From the sequence record PV662128.1: 64,000 bases of DNA, one strand, 5' to 3'. The notes below the pieces were generated by a model. The model did no database searches, was not told where the DNA came from, and saw only the letters and a list, made by a program, of their open reading frames with translations. Within the stretch, counting starts at the first letter, position 1. The number at the start of each line of letters is the position of its first letter. This document shows, in pieces, positions 38,790 through 48,967 of the stretch. The translations under genes and the position numbers were made by a program.

Positions 38790-41700
38790 TTATTTGCTCG
38801 TATACCCCATCCTAGGATCTGGAGCTTTCTGGTTCTGGATTTCTTTAAGCAATTGAGCGAGTAAATCGTTAGTTCTTCCTTGGGCTTGGACTTGAGCTAT
38901 TGTACCCGGATCGGGTTGTTGAACCGGCTTAGCCAACGGGGTTGGTGGAGCAGAAGTACTTTGCTCAGTAGGAACCTTAACACGATTAAGTGGATTAGCC
39001 GGGTCTGATTTGTACGCGACTGTTCCCTCGCTCACCGGGGTAGAAGGTACCGCACCAATAGGCTTAGGTCCTTGGTTAACCGATGGAGAAGTAACCGCTG
39101 AAACTGCTGCGACGCTGTTAGCTGTTCCTACGTTTTCCGATTTCATCGTAGGCGGTTTGGCATCAGGACTGACAGAGGAAACCGAACTCGGAACACTTTC
39201 CCCAGAAGAGGAAGGTTCTGTCCCGGCATTAGGATCTACTGTCAACTCATTGGAAGTCAAACGTTTCATATACTGCTGATAAAGTCTTGTCCTCGCTGGC
39301 ATATCAGGTAAGCCATTGGGGTTAAGTCCTTGCGCCGCATATTCAAACGAGTTGTTCTTCACAATGGACTGAAGCCGTTTACCAGTCCCGCCGTTGGAGA
39401 GATACCAGATCAAGGTTTTCGCCATGACTTCTGGATCAGTGGAAACCAACTCTGGATTCTTAACGAGGTCTTTCCCCGCATACTGAGAGGCAGCTCTGAA
39501 GTTATCCTTACCCGTAAGCTGAATGAACCCACGGCCTCTGTAGAGCCATCCATCGTTAGGACCACTGTTACCCATCCTACCACCATAAACCGCGTTAGCG
39601 ATGGCCTGAGGCCCTCCAGCTACGATCTGCTGGGCTTGACCCATAGACTTCACTCTACCTGGGAAAATTTCCAACAACCGACCTGGCTTGTAGTTCATGT
39701 TTTCCGCGGTATTTTTAAATCCTCCGCTTTCAAAGTTAGCCAAAGCCAACATTTCGGCAATAAGACGAGGATCTGTGAAACCGGCCTTAATCATCTCCTT
39801 CATGATTAATTGCTCTGCGGCTTTCTGGGGGACACTGACGCCTTTGTCTCCGCCTCCCGATCCACCTACCGGAGCGACACCAGAAAGATCAACTGTTGAC
39901 GTATCGGTATTACCCGTAATAGGTTTATAGTTGATAACTGGCTGGCCGCCCGCGATGACGTTATCGCTCGTTGCCGCAGTCGCAACAGCCTGATTTAATC
40001 CACCCTCACCCATTGAGTGAGCCGAAGTATACGGAACGACTTCTTTGGGTCCAGAAGCTTTAACTTCTTTGTCCCCATAATTCAATTTCGCATATTTCGC
40101 AGCGGTATCAAGGTTGTTAATGATTGCTTTGACTTGAGGTGTAATCGAGCCAGAAGTTGTATTAGGGAACGGAGACCATTTAACCTCCCAAACGGAAGTC
40201 GGGGTTTTACCGATATTCACTTTGAGCCCTAAAAGCTCTTTTGCGAAATCAAAAGCGTTAGTGGCTGTCATAGACTTCCAACCCGCGCTAGGTTTCACCC
40301 CCCTCATGATCCTCACGTATTTCACCCATGCCATACAGACTGGGAGGAAACGATCCCTGAACCATGTACACCATTGGTTAGCTTGGTCGTCGGTTATTCT
40401 GAATGAGTTCTTAAAGAGGTTATATACCGCACCTGTGGTAGAAGTAAATCTTGCATCGTTACCGATTACGCTGATGTAATCCTCACAATACCGTTCTAAC
40501 TTCAACACAGCTTCAACACGCCATGGGATGTGTTCCGTGTCACCGTAGGCCGCTAATCTCAATGCGGTTATCCCGGCCAGAGGCTTATCGCCCCCTGGTA
40601 AAAGATCGGTGATGTTGATTTCCATGACCGATTTTGTTACCGGATAACGTTTATTGATCTCTTCAATATCAGAACGATCCTCGTACGTCCCACCCACTCT
40701 CATTTTAAGACTAGACCACCAACCTGCCTTCTCAGATTTTTCAACCTGTTCAGCGGAGGTCTTCATGGTCACGACGCCTTCTTTCTCTATCCCCTCAGCC
40801 GTTCTTCCGTGTCTTTCGTTAAAGCTTTTCAGTTCGTCCAAATACAACCTAACCTGATTAATGGTTTGGTCTTTACCCATTATAGGCGTGGCTTCATCGA
40901 ACTGAGCGGCTATCTGATAAGGATAAGGATTGATGGTACCTATTCTGTCATTGATGGTGGAGACAGTAGAGTACAATTTAGCGTCGGTCGATTTATCGAA
41001 CGTCTCAAAATCCCTATACCCAGCGGTATCGATCGCAGAAGCATAAGTCAGGAAAATAGGTTTGAAACGAAGATTAAACCACGTAAAGTAAGCCTGCTGT
41101 TGACCCTTGTCATTGGCTTGAGGTATGAAGCTTTGGAATATCTGTTCGAGAGGAGCTGATTTGGCTATTGAAGCCACCCCAGCGGTTACGACGACATATT
41201 CACGTAAAGCTTCTTCGGCAGATCTCACCTTAGCGGCTAAATCTGACTCGACGTCCTTGATACCATATTGAGCCATACGAAGTTTGAACTGCGACCCTTT
41301 CCCTTTGGCGTAATACTTATAGACCAAATACCCGGCACCTGCAACCGCCCCAATCCCCAACGTTACTGGATTAAATAACAGAGGAGCGACGGCGGTAGCC
41401 AAAGCACCTGTGCCAGATACAATAGCTGACCCGGCAGCACTCGCACCAGAAGCAATGGCCGATCCGATACCGAGGTTAATCCCCATAGCTGACATGGCGC
41501 TAGAACCTAAAGATACCGCCGAAGCTGCAGTAAGCGTGTTGCTCGCTACATCCTTCCAGTTAGTGCCTTCGTGCTCTTCATTGGTAGAGTCGAGGTACAT
41601 TCCTAATCCAGCGGTAGCCAAACCCGCTAAGCCGAATTTAAATGCTCTTCCTCTACCTACCCTACCGCCTCTGGTTCTTCTTCCTCTACGTCCCCCTGAA

Positions 41701-44700
41701 GCTCCTCCTGCGGCATCAACGATATCATCAACACCATCGGACGCCCTACGGCCTAACAGACCAACAGTGAGGATCTTAGCTAACGACGTTAATCCACCTA
41801 CAATAGCTGGCAAAGTAGTAATGCCGAGGGTTAAGAATTTGGAGAGTTTAACACCAAGTCCGGCGACCCCACCCAAAATAGTTCCCATGGGGTTCTTAAC
41901 GAAACCCAAGAGACCATTAAGGAATCCGCCACCTTTCTTCTCTTCATCGGGAGAACCGGAACCTCTCTCTCCTTCTCCACGGCCGGCAAGATCGATGATG
42001 GCGTCTTGATAACGAGATTCACGTTCGGCTTTCGCTTTACGTTCCTTATCTTCTAAGGAGTTTAAACGAACGTCGTCTGTGTTTCCCATTCGACTTGTTT
42101 CGTTAACAATATCCGCCTTGATATCCGGCATGTCGTTAATGTCATAACCAAACTTACGGCAAAGCAGAGCGTAAATACGATCGACCGAATTGGTAATAGG
42201 CGTATAGTCCGCGGTTACAAGATCATTGATCTTATCCCCAGCTCGCTTACCATAGCCTTTAGCTCGATCACCCAGTTTCCTACCCAGGTCAAGAAGTTTA
42301 CCACCCATTACTCCCGTCATACGTTTGAGGGATTCTATTTTCATTCCCCCGGATGTAATGAGCCCATCCTCGTATTCGGCTTGGGTAATAATAACGTCGC
42401 CGTTCTCATCATACACCGGTCCGTCGATATCTCTCCAACCCTTTACAGGAACGACGCTACCGTTCAAACGTTTGAAGTATTTACCGTTCTCAAAACCCTT
42501 CCTTGTCAGAACAGGGGAATCCTCTCCAACTCGATAAACATCCATTTGGGTTATTCGATTGGTAATACCCTGACCTATGCCTTTCAATCGGTTAAGAGGA
42601 TCTAACCAGTTAAAAAGTTTTAATCCGGCCGATTTCACCGCGTTTAAGCCACGAAGCACGACCGCTTTGCCTTCGGCACTGAACAGTTTGCCCGAAAGAC
42701 GTTTAGCGGAGATCACGACCTTGGTTCCGAGATCAACGATCGATCCTTTGATCTCTTTCCAACTGGTGATAATTTTCTTTAACACTTTGTCGTAATACTG
42801 ACGGGCTCTGAGTTTACGCGCTTCGAGTATCGGATCTTCACTCTCCCCATCGTAAATGTCTTCATCGTCACTGACGTCTCTGGCGTCCGCCATACTACGA
42901 ACTTTGGTATATAACGCCCAGGCTGCAGCGCCGCCACCGATCAACGCTGCCGTTTTGGGATCGTGGATCGCCAATCCCGCTAACCCACCTAACATCCCAC
43001 CCAGCATCAGTGGTTCGTGAGCCAGCAGTTTATCCATGCCCGCACTGAAAATATCTTTAATCCCACCAAGACTTTTAATGCGGTCGAGGATGGTTTTCTT
43101 CTGTGCGGTATCAGCGGCATCTTCAGCATCAGTTTTGGGCTTATTCACCTCGGCTGGCTGACGAGAAAGGATTTGTTTTAGGACTTCCAATTGCTCCTGA
43201 TTAATATCCCTTATTCCCATTACAGAATCCGTTAAAGATTTAACTTGCTCTGGGCTTAATCCATTTCCGTCTTGTCTACCAGGAATCCCGAGTTTAAGCT
43301 GCTCGGTGAGTTCCGATAGGGCGGTAACCAGTTTGCCGGAATCCTTCCCGGACAACCCGCGACGGTTATTGATAATGGTTTTCGAATTACCCCCACCCAT
43401 TCCACCACGAGTAGGGAGAGGACCTACGTCATCCTCTTCGATAAGCCCTTCGTTACCATTAAGCTCTGATTTTAATCGATCCCATATCGCATCGGTGTTA
43501 AAGAAATCTGACCCGTTTTCACTATTAATCAAATTCATTTCTCTTAATAGTGGATCGTAACCAGCGTTTCGTAACAAATCGATTTGCTGAGAAATATTAG
43601 GGAGGTAACCTTTGAGGTTTTTGGCTCGCAGGCTAAGATCGGCCGCCAAACGTTTACTTTTAGCAGTGGGCATAATCAGCTGAGCTTTAATGCCAGTCAC
43701 CCCGGATTGTTTAGCCGCTTCAATATGCTGATCAGTTAGTCTGAATGATCCCCGCATCACCTGTTCAATTTCTTTACGAACAGAGGGGGTTAATCCTTCT
43801 TCGTCTTCCATCCCGAAATAGTTGAACGGGTTAAACCCTTTATCTTGGTCGACGTCCCTCGCCAAACGATAGGATAAGAAACGTTTAGCTTCTGGTGACA
43901 ACGTTCCATTTTTGTCAATAGCGGAAACCATGTCGGACGTACCTGAGGCCAGTCCACTAAATTCTCTGCCGTTCAACAGATTACGCTTAACGGCGTTTTG
44001 GGTTTGTTTATGGCTTAAGAACTTCCCACTGTGGTAATCGAAACGTTCTTCTTTCAGGTTATCGTTACCCGTACGAATTTTTTCCAGACTTAGATGAAGC
44101 TTAGCGAACCACCCAGGAATGATCTCATTTAACGTACGATCGGATTGACCGCTCCAGTAGCTGGGCTGAGTCAAATCCATCAAGTTACGTTTCTTGAGTT
44201 CGTACTGTTTACCACGGGAATCGTTGATATTAAAAGAAAGATCGTTTAATCTATTTCCCAGGAAATTTTTACCTGTTTGTTTTAAACGCCACGCACTTTC
44301 ACTTAATGGTTTTTCACCGGGAGCAAGTGAGTCAAGGTAATCGTCGTAGGTAGAAAAGTCTTCTTCGTAGTTAGCGTTATTGCGGAGAATCGTTCCTGCT
44401 AAACCAGCCGCGTTAGTTCCGGCGTATGACAGAACGCTACCCAGCTGTTCCAACTTGCGGTATTGCCGACGGATATTCTTGGCTTCTTTTGGATAGAGGG
44501 TCTCGAGTTTGTTAATAAGCTTAGCACCCTGCCCGGATTTAAAGAAAGCTGGGCCGTTCTCGATGACCTCGTTAGCTAGCATCTGCCCGATAATGGTTCC
44601 CATATTGAGACCCATTCCCTCGGACATCTCCATCCCCATTCTACCAGCGCCAACCATTCCGCTTAAACCAGAAAGCATCCCTTCTCTGGCTTCTTTACCG

Positions 44701-45596
44701 AAAGTCTCGGACAGATAACCCATCACCCCGCCGGACCTATGTCCAATTGTGGAGAAGATGGAATCGCGTAATCTGCCTTTAGCCGCCATGGCCAGGGAAG
44801 TTTTCTCGTAATCACTCTTACCTGAATTAAGGGTGATCTTTTTAAGCTCGTCAATCTGACGATGCATCGAGGCTTCCATGAACTTGTAATATTTAGCGTT
44901 GGTTAAATGCATCCTGGCCAATAAGTTGATTTTAACCGCATCGTTCTTAGCCTGGATTTTATTCTGGTAACGCAAAATACCTTGAAGAGTGGTCGAGATT
45001 CCGCCTAACAGGGAATTGGTTGCTTGCTGCTGGGCTAATTGACGACCGCCAACTACCGCAGTCATGCTGTTGATAGCCCGCCCAATACCCACCATCGTTC
45101 CTGTCTGTTGAGCTGTGACCCCGGTAATAAACTCACTCAACCCTTCGTCATCAACATCACCCATGCTTGGATCAGAAGGAGTGTATCCCCCTTGATCCCA
45201 ATGGCTAAAGTCCTTATTACTGAAGGTCTCCAACCCCTGGGCAATTTTATTAGGAACCTTGTCGCCGTGGCGGTCTAAGGTCATCTGAGCAATTGCCTGG
45301 AGATCTTCCACCATATCTTTTGATCCGGCTTTAACCTCACTTAGGATCTCCTGCTTCTTCCAATCAAACTCTCTTTTTAAATCAAAGACAGTCCCAAATG
45401 ATTTTGGGAGGAGCATTTTAGCCGTTCTCAACCTACCTTCTGAACTTCCTATCGTACCGCTGTGGAGCTCACTGAGAAAACCACTCCCCATGCTCGCAAA
45501 GAAACCTTTTTTAGGTGCGTTATCGAAGTCGAAGTCGAAATCTATATCGCCGGCGAACGGGTCGTCTCCCCAATCGTCGAAATCATCTTTAGCCAT
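38790..45596 (-). CDS. giant tail (tape-measure-like) protein with GH19 lysozyme domain (phiKZ gp181 position)
   Basis: 2268 aa; FESGGF..ENMNY..GWLYRGRGFIQLTGKDNF GH19 motif near the C-terminus; hydrophobic Gly/Ala segments. Confidence 0.85.
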   Translation of the reverse strand: MAKDDFDDWGDDPFAGDIDFDFDFDNAPKKGFFASMGSGFLSELHSGTIGSSEGRLRTAKMLLPKSFGTVFDLKREFDWKKQEILSEVKAGSKDMVEDLQAIAQMTLDRHGDKVPNKIAQGLETFSNKDFSHWDQGGYTPSDPSMGDVDDEGLSEFITGVTAQQTGTMVGIGRAINSMTAVVGGRQLAQQQATNSLLGGISTTLQGILRYQNKIQAKNDAVKINLLARMHLTNAKYYKFMEASMHRQIDELKKITLNSGKSDYEKTSLAMAAKGRLRDSIFSTIGHRSGGVMGYLSETFGKEAREGMLSGLSGMVGAGRMGMEMSEGMGLNMGTIIGQMLANEVIENGPAFFKSGQGAKLINKLETLYPKEAKNIRRQYRKLEQLGSVLSYAGTNAAGLAGTILRNNANYEEDFSTYDDYLDSLAPGEKPLSESAWRLKQTGKNFLGNRLNDLSFNINDSRGKQYELKKRNLMDLTQPSYWSGQSDRTLNEIIPGWFAKLHLSLEKIRTGNDNLKEERFDYHSGKFLSHKQTQNAVKRNLLNGREFSGLASGTSDMVSAIDKNGTLSPEAKRFLSYRLARDVDQDKGFNPFNYFGMEDEEGLTPSVRKEIEQVMRGSFRLTDQHIEAAKQSGVTGIKAQLIMPTAKSKRLAADLSLRAKNLKGYLPNISQQIDLLRNAGYDPLLREMNLINSENGSDFFNTDAIWDRLKSELNGNEGLIEEDDVGPLPTRGGMGGGNSKTIINNRRGLSGKDSGKLVTALSELTEQLKLGIPGRQDGNGLSPEQVKSLTDSVMGIRDINQEQLEVLKQILSRQPAEVNKPKTDAEDAADTAQKKTILDRIKSLGGIKDIFSAGMDKLLAHEPLMLGGMLGGLAGLAIHDPKTAALIGGGAAAWALYTKVRSMADARDVSDDEDIYDGESEDPILEARKLRARQYYDKVLKKIITSWKEIKGSIVDLGTKVVISAKRLSGKLFSAEGKAVVLRGLNAVKSAGLKLFNWLDPLNRLKGIGQGITNRITQMDVYRVGEDSPVLTRKGFENGKYFKRLNGSVVPVKGWRDIDGPVYDENGDVIITQAEYEDGLITSGGMKIESLKRMTGVMGGKLLDLGRKLGDRAKGYGKRAGDKINDLVTADYTPITNSVDRIYALLCRKFGYDINDMPDIKADIVNETSRMGNTDDVRLNSLEDKERKAKAERESRYQDAIIDLAGRGEGERGSGSPDEEKKGGGFLNGLLGFVKNPMGTILGGVAGLGVKLSKFLTLGITTLPAIVGGLTSLAKILTVGLLGRRASDGVDDIVDAAGGASGGRRGRRTRGGRVGRGRAFKFGLAGLATAGLGMYLDSTNEEHEGTNWKDVASNTLTAASAVSLGSSAMSAMGINLGIGSAIASGASAAGSAIVSGTGALATAVAPLLFNPVTLGIGAVAGAGYLVYKYYAKGKGSQFKLRMAQYGIKDVESDLAAKVRSAEEALREYVVVTAGVASIAKSAPLEQIFQSFIPQANDKGQQQAYFTWFNLRFKPIFLTYASAIDTAGYRDFETFDKSTDAKLYSTVSTINDRIGTINPYPYQIAAQFDEATPIMGKDQTINQVRLYLDELKSFNERHGRTAEGIEKEGVVTMKTSAEQVEKSEKAGWWSSLKMRVGGTYEDRSDIEEINKRYPVTKSVMEINITDLLPGGDKPLAGITALRLAAYGDTEHIPWRVEAVLKLERYCEDYISVIGNDARFTSTTGAVYNLFKNSFRITDDQANQWCTWFRDRFLPVCMAWVKYVRIMRGVKPSAGWKSMTATNAFDFAKELLGLKVNIGKTPTSVWEVKWSPFPNTTSGSITPQVKAIINNLDTAAKYAKLNYGDKEVKASGPKEVVPYTSAHSMGEGGLNQAVATAATSDNVIAGGQPVINYKPITGNTDTSTVDLSGVAPVGGSGGGDKGVSVPQKAAEQLIMKEMIKAGFTDPRLIAEMLALANFESGGFKNTAENMNYKPGRLLEIFPGRVKSMGQAQQIVAGGPQAIANAVYGGRMGNSGPNDGWLYRGRGFIQLTGKDNFRAASQYAGKDLVKNPELVSTDPEVMAKTLIWYLSNGGTGKRLQSIVKNNSFEYAAQGLNPNGLPDMPARTRLYQQYMKRLTSNELTVDPNAGTEPSSSGESVPSSVSSVSPDAKPPTMKSENVGTANSVAAVSAVTSPSVNQGPKPIGAVPSTPVSEGTVAYKSDPANPLNRVKVPTEQSTSAPPTPLAKPVQQPDPGTIAQVQAQGRTNDLLAQLLKEIQNQKAPDPRMGYTSK

Positions 45597-45616
45597 TTTA
45601 ACCTCGTGGTGCGAAT

Positions 45617-47062
45617 ATGCAACCTACTAATATTACGTTATTGAACCCAAACAAAGTGGCTTGGGCTCTCATGAAAGCCGTGACGTCAACAGACGTCCAT
45701 GAGGGGATGACCAACAACCTTCATGAAGATGGTTTATACTCTCCAACAATCTTCGGTCGTGTCGGTACCGACCAACGAGATAAAACTCAATCTTACATCA
45801 ATGTTAAGATTCCTGTCTTCAACCCGACTTATTTTAAGGCTTTGATTGGGTTAAAGGGTTTATATCTCGGAATAATCAAAGGGACGGAATACGCCCTTTG
45901 GGACGCATCAGAACGCGACTTCATAAAATCAAACCTCCTGGAAGGAGAAACCGGCTACGGTTTCTTTATGCGTCACTTTTACGACTTAGAACCTAAGTTA
46001 AACGAAAGTTATAAACGCAAACAGCGCGTAGAACTCTTTAATAAATTTAAAGACATCGCGTTGACTAAAAACATTATTGTGCTGCCGGCCGGTATTCGTG
46101 ATATCCAGGTTGAACCCAACGGCCAGATCGTGGAACCTGAAATAAATGATTTCTATCGTAAACTGATCTTCCGTAGCCGCAGCGTGGTTATCCAGGAAGG
46201 TGAAGAAGACAACCCGATTTACGATAACATCCGTTGGGCGATTCAAAGCGTGTTCAACGACATCGACGATTATATCTTCCGGCTGATGGAAGGTAAGCGC
46301 GGATTCTTACAGCGCCGAGTCTCAACTCGTGGTGTTGTCGGGGGTACTCGTAACGTTATTACCGCTCGTAAAGTTTCTGTTGCTGATGCGGATGATGATA
46401 ATGGGGTTGACGTCAACACCACAGATATCGGGATGTATCAAGCGTTGCTGGGTTTCCAATACGTCGCGCGATATGCGTTACTTAAAGGCTTCTTAAGCCG
46501 CGTGTTTACGGTAGGGTCAAGTACAGCTAAACTCGTCGACCCCAGAACGTTTGAATATCAGTACGTGGAAGTCGAGAGCAACATTGTTGACAAATGGTTG
46601 TCAGCCGATGGACTCACCGCTTTGTTCAACGGATTCGGTACCAGGCACTTGCGGCATAAACCGATCAAAATCAACGGCTATTACATGGGCCTGACCTATG
46701 ATGACGGTAAATATGTCAAGTTACTCGGTGACGTAACCGAACTTCCTCCTGGGTTTGATAAGAAGTTCTGTAAGCCGTTAACTTACATGGAACTCTTCTA
46801 TTTAAGTTGTGTCGAAGAAATAGAAAAGAGGATGCTTCAGGTTACCCGTTATCCGATTACTGGGATGGGGTCCATCTATCCTAGCTTCATCAAAATCAAA
46901 ACAACGACTAACGCCCAAAAAAGAATTATTTTAGATGATTACTGGGAAGAAGGTTATCGTTGCACATACTACCCAGTCCGAGAAACTAAACCAGATTATT
47001 TCGACGCCATGAGTGTCGATGGCAGTCGGTTAGGTTTATTGGGTGGGGACTTCGATGGCGAT
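45617..47062 (+). CDS. rpoC: virion RNA polymerase beta-prime subunit (phiKZ gp180-like), exon 1
   Basis: GLYSPTIFG, VLPAGIRD, KRGFLQRR, ends in catalytic GGDFDGD; spliced product predicted 537 aa. Confidence 0.9.
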
Positions 47063-47113
47063 TTTTGAAAGTATGTGTTTTGATTAATGCAAGAGTGAAT
47101 GGACCGTCTAAAT

Positions 47114-47141
47114 CTCTATTATATGTGGATTTATAATAGGG
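47114..47141 (+). promoter_or_regulatory. RBS-occluding hairpin with TATG at the loop edge
   Basis: CTCTATTATA-TGTGGATT-TATAATAGGG, 10-bp stem over the AGGG SD of the intron HNH. Confidence 0.65.
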
Positions 47142-47148
47142 GGTTTTG

Positions 47149-48423
47149 ATGGAACGTTTTATTAAGTTTCAAGGCAAATCTTTGGTTGTGTCGGACCAAG
47201 AAATTTTTGATATTCATAAGAAGAGACGCATTCCTATTTTTCAAAAAAGCAACACTGAAAAATATTTCTTTCTTGATCTAAAAGACGGAATTAAGAAAGT
47301 CGACTATGGTTTATTCTTACTTTTCATGGACAAAAGGTTTTTTCTGCCATTTGATCTTTGGGAGAAAGTAAAAGTCGATTTACTTAATGACAAAGACGGA
47401 TTTACGCGATCTAATTTGTATTTGGTTTATCCGGAAGAAACGATTGAATATCCAGATAAACCCGGTTACAGTTACATACCCGGGTATGAGCTAAACGTTA
47501 TTAACCGCTCAGGAACCGTTTACCGGATCCCCGATGGGAAAGAGTACTTACCGTCCGTTTCTGATAAGAAAAAGAAAGAGAATAAAGAATACGTTTATAC
47601 TTTGGTGAGAGTTAACGAGGGTAAAGTCACAGCTAGAGTACTTCATAGACTTCTAGCGATAACTTTTAAAAACCCTCCTAAGAAATACCCTAAGTTGGTA
47701 GTCGATCATTTAAATGGTAAAAAGTGGGATTACAGACTCTTAAATTTGGAATGGGTTTCTTCCGCAATAAACAATTTAAGGGCTGTTAAAAATGGATTGA
47801 GGGAAGACGGGTTTCCTATTCTAGTTAAGGATAAGAAAACCGGTAATATTTCTGAGTATTTCAGTCTGACTGAATTCGCCAGGTGTCTTAAAACACACCC
47901 CCAATGTGTGGTGAACGGTAAAAATAACCCAAACCAAACAATGATAGGGCGATACATCATCAAAGATGTCGATGATGATAGACCTTGGGAATACTTCGAA
48001 AATATCCCTCTTAATCGAGAATCGGTTAAACTTAAAGCCAAACATGTTATCACCGACGAGATTTCGTTTTACCCCAGTTTTAAATCGGCCTCTAGACTCA
48101 CCAACACGACCCAAAGTATGATTATGAATTACTTTAAGGCTAAATCCGAACCCGCAATTATCAACGGGTACGAGTGGAAGCTAGAAACCGACGACTCCCC
48201 ATGGTTCTCGTTTTCCCCATATCAAATTGAAATTTATAAGCGTGGGTTACATCGTCACACACGCGTTTATAAAGTAAGTAATCTGATAACCGGGGAGAAA
48301 TGGGTCGAGTACGGTTGGAAAGGCATATCGGCTATTTCCGGTGCGAATAAAAGGACCGTAATCAATGCCGGGATCAACTCCACAATCCTTAAAGATAAAT
48401 TTAAACTTGAAATATTGCATTAA
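47149..48423 (+). CDS. intron-encoded HNH homing endonuclease
   Basis: LHRLLAITF, VVDHLNGKKWDYRLLNLEWVSSAINN; three C-terminal NUMOD-like repeats. Confidence 0.88.
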   Translation: MERFIKFQGKSLVVSDQEIFDIHKKRRIPIFQKSNTEKYFFLDLKDGIKKVDYGLFLLFMDKRFFLPFDLWEKVKVDLLNDKDGFTRSNLYLVYPEETIEYPDKPGYSYIPGYELNVINRSGTVYRIPDGKEYLPSVSDKKKKENKEYVYTLVRVNEGKVTARVLHRLLAITFKNPPKKYPKLVVDHLNGKKWDYRLLNLEWVSSAINNLRAVKNGLREDGFPILVKDKKTGNISEYFSLTEFARCLKTHPQCVVNGKNNPNQTMIGRYIIKDVDDDRPWEYFENIPLNRESVKLKAKHVITDEISFYPSFKSASRLTNTTQSMIMNYFKAKSEPAIINGYEWKLETDDSPWFSFSPYQIEIYKRGLHRHTRVYKVSNLITGEKWVEYGWKGISAISGANKRTVINAGINSTILKDKFKLEILH

Positions 48424-48799
48424 TAAACACATCTCAATAGTCCCACCAGACGAGAAATCTCTGGTGCGTATCTCTACAAAGTGCTGGTAAACCCACAAAA
48501 GTTCTACGCCTAGAGATAGGAGCCGATAAGGCAGAAACAAGGTAGAACCTGGTCTATGCGAAACAATATAGCTAAGGACCGTTAACAAGGGGCGCTCAGC
48601 AGCCAGGCTTTCTTAATAAAAGAAAGTAAGGTTCAACGACTAAGACCTAGCCAGTCTGTACTCTTACTAAGGAAGTGAGGGGAAACGAAGAGAGACCTAA
48701 GTCGGGCACTAGTCCGATACGGTTATGATATAGTCTGCTCCCTAATAGCACTAGGGCGGGTGTCTTAGCACACCGGGTACTGGAGTACCGGACAACAGG

Positions 48800-48967
48800 C
48801 AACTTAACAGTAACTCCATCAACGGAGAGGATGCTATTGCTGAAGCTAAAGCTTTAATGGGCAGACGCGATTACTACATCACCGGCACAGGACAATTCCT
48901 TTATAGTCCAACGGTGGAACCTCACGAATTCTTATTCCGAAATCTCAGTAACGGACTCAACCTATGA
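48800..48967 (+). CDS. rpoC: virion RNA polymerase beta-prime subunit, exon 2 (55 aa)
   Basis: QLNSNSINGEDAIAEAKALMGRRDYYITGTGQFLYSPTVEPHEFLFRNLSNGLNL*; stop overlaps next ATG (ATGA). Confidence 0.85.
   Translation, partial: QLNSNSINGEDAIAEAKALMGRRDYYITGTGQFLYSPTVEPHEFLFRNLSNGLNL

Larger units (their letters stand above)
47063..48799 (+). mobile_element. group I intron in vRNAP beta-prime, HNH gene in 5' part
   Basis: Exon ends in U, intron ends in G; GTTCAACGACTA (48631) and ATATAGTC (48728) P7 pair; splicing restores DFDGD-QLNSNS. Confidence 0.88.

Noticed and set aside
47063-47068. RNAP beta-prime as a truncated pseudogene ending DFDGDF*
   Set aside because: Group I core motifs and an in-frame 55-aa exon 2 explain the stop
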